A stretch of DNA of 51,960 nt from Planctomycetota bacterium (lineage in GTDB: Bacteria; Planctomycetota; J058): the NCBI GenBank assembly GCA_016765095.1, contig JAESQQ010000050.1, forward strand, positions 1 to 51,960, read 5' to 3'. Positions 51,088 through 51,960 of this stretch are shown piece by piece. The position numbers and the translations under genes are program-made. The first letter of the stretch is position 1; each line of letters opens with the position of its first letter. The notes below the pieces were generated by a model that had not been told where the DNA came from, searched no databases, and worked only from the letters and a program-made list of their open reading frames with translations.

Positions 51088-51960
51088 TCACTTCCACCCG
51101 ACTCTTGGAACGAGCTCCTTCAATCGCTTCTTAGTCCCACGGGGCCATGGGTGTCGCGAGTCCTCCCTGACCCTGAGTTCTGTGAGCGAGTGACCCTTGA
51201 GAAGTTCAAACAGGGCTTCGACTCCCGATCCTGTCAGGGCGCCCACGAGCTCGAGGGAATCGAGCCGACTCAGCCACGGCGCACCGCTCAGCCAGCGGGC
51301 GAGATCGTCCGCTGTCTCGGCACCTGACCTTAGGCCGATGTGACTCAGCCGAGGAAAACTAGCGGACAACGCGCACTTCAAGCGTCGGGCCGTCTCAGGG
51401 TCCTTGGCGTCCCCGAGGTCGAGCTGGAGCAGCTCGAGGGCTGTGCCGGGGCGAGGCGCTCGTGAAGGGCGAGGCGTCGTCGGTGGGACCCCGTCGGGGG
51501 AGTTCGGGCCGGGCGCCTCGAGCCTTGAGTTGCTCGTGGGCCGGACCCGGCCAGGCGTGGTCGAGGCGGCGCTCCTTCGCGAGGCGTTCCCGCTGGGCGT
51601 CGCGTGGGCTGTGACGCCGCTAGGAGGCGGAGCGCCGGACTGAGTGGCGGCCAGCGCGACGATTCCAGTCGCGACGAGCACGACGAGGAGCGGCCCGAGG
51701 ATTCGGGCCACGCCCGAAGCGGCGCCTTCGGTCGCGGCGGCCACGACGGCCGCTGCCGCCGGGGCAGCCGGTGCTTTCGTCAGCCCTTGGCGGAGGAGCG
51801 CGATCACCAGCGGTCCGGCGAGGCTGGCGTTGAGCGAGAGCTCCTGGCGGAGTTCTTCCAGTCCGCGGTTCAGGCGGGAGTCCACGGTGCCCTTCCTGGT
51901 TCCCGTGGCGTCGGCGACTTCCCGCAAGGTCAGGCCACCAAAGTAGTGGAGCGCGATCAC
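51088..51960 (-). CDS. 3' part of an ECF-type sigma-70 gene fused to a TM segment and a C-terminal LRR-like domain (5' end outside the window)
   Basis: Region 4.2 HTH LTLREVADATGTRKGTVDSRLNRGLEELR, then the hydrophobic helix ILGPLLVVLVATGIVALAAT, a Pro/Ser-rich linker, and LSRLDSLELVGALTGSGVEALFELLKGHSLTELRV. The frame is open to the window edge. Confidence 0.75.
   Translation of the reverse strand: MIALHYFGGLTLREVADATGTRKGTVDSRLNRGLEELRQELSLNASLAGPLVIALLRQGLTKAPAAPAAAAVVAAATEGAASGVARILGPLLVVLVATGIVALAATQSGAPPPSGVTAHATPSGNASRRSAASTTPGRVRPTSNSRLEAPGPNSPDGVPPTTPRPSRAPRPGTALELLQLDLGDAKDPETARRLKCALSASFPRLSHIGLRSGAETADDLARWLSGAPWLSRLDSLELVGALTGSGVEALFELLKGHSLTELRVREDSRHPWPRGTKKRLKELVPRVGWK

Noticed and set aside
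1-51960. tRNA, rRNA or tmRNA genes
   Set aside because: A scan of all intergenic regions for tRNA-like T-arm (GGTTCGAATCC-type) and acceptor features found nothing. The only GTTCGAAT matches lie inside coding sequence.

Overview
High-GC bacterial chromosomal segment whose gene content looks myxobacterial or planctomycete-like (Ser/Thr kinase, ECF sigma, HEAT and TPR proteins, a redoxin/PHM-like protein). From 1-16.3 kb there are ordinary accessory and metabolic genes: a B12-radical SAM enzyme, a TetR-lipoprotein-redoxin operon, a cyclase, SRPBCC and macro-domain proteins, an AhpD-like/PNPOx pair with a sigma-54 promoter and a divergent GAF-type sigma-54 activator, and an ATP-grasp enzyme. From 16.3-39.2 kb lies an IS-bounded island that looks lower in GC by eye. 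It carries IS66-, IS1380- and ISKra4-family elements and a stack of DNA-targeting genes. These are a 5'-truncated DUF3883-type PD-(D/E)xK giant protein with a NERD/SF1 helicase, a UDG-fold-like gene, a translationally coupled trio (Cas4/RecB-type Fe-S nuclease, 482-aa orphan protein, SF1 helicase), and an operon of a UvrD-helicase/Fe-S-nuclease fusion with a ~1000-aa N6/N4 methyltransferase (in-frame amber) and a Res-type helicase cut off by the ISKra4 element. From 39.3-52 kb there are a large Ser/Thr kinase, a GT2/sulfotransferase/GT-C-like glycosylation trio, a HEAT-repeat protein and the 3' part of an ECF-sigma fusion gene. The best candidate for an undescribed system is the nuclease-orphan-helicase trio at 26856-30798, possibly acting with the adjacent UvrD-nuclease. 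Other points of interest are a TGA at the first Cys of a thioredoxin CxxC motif, two sets of intergenic palindrome/tandem repeats built around CACGTG or CCGCGG cores, and an unusually high density of disrupted genes. No tRNA, rRNA or CRISPR array was seen. All functional calls rest on motifs read by eye, and no database search was run.
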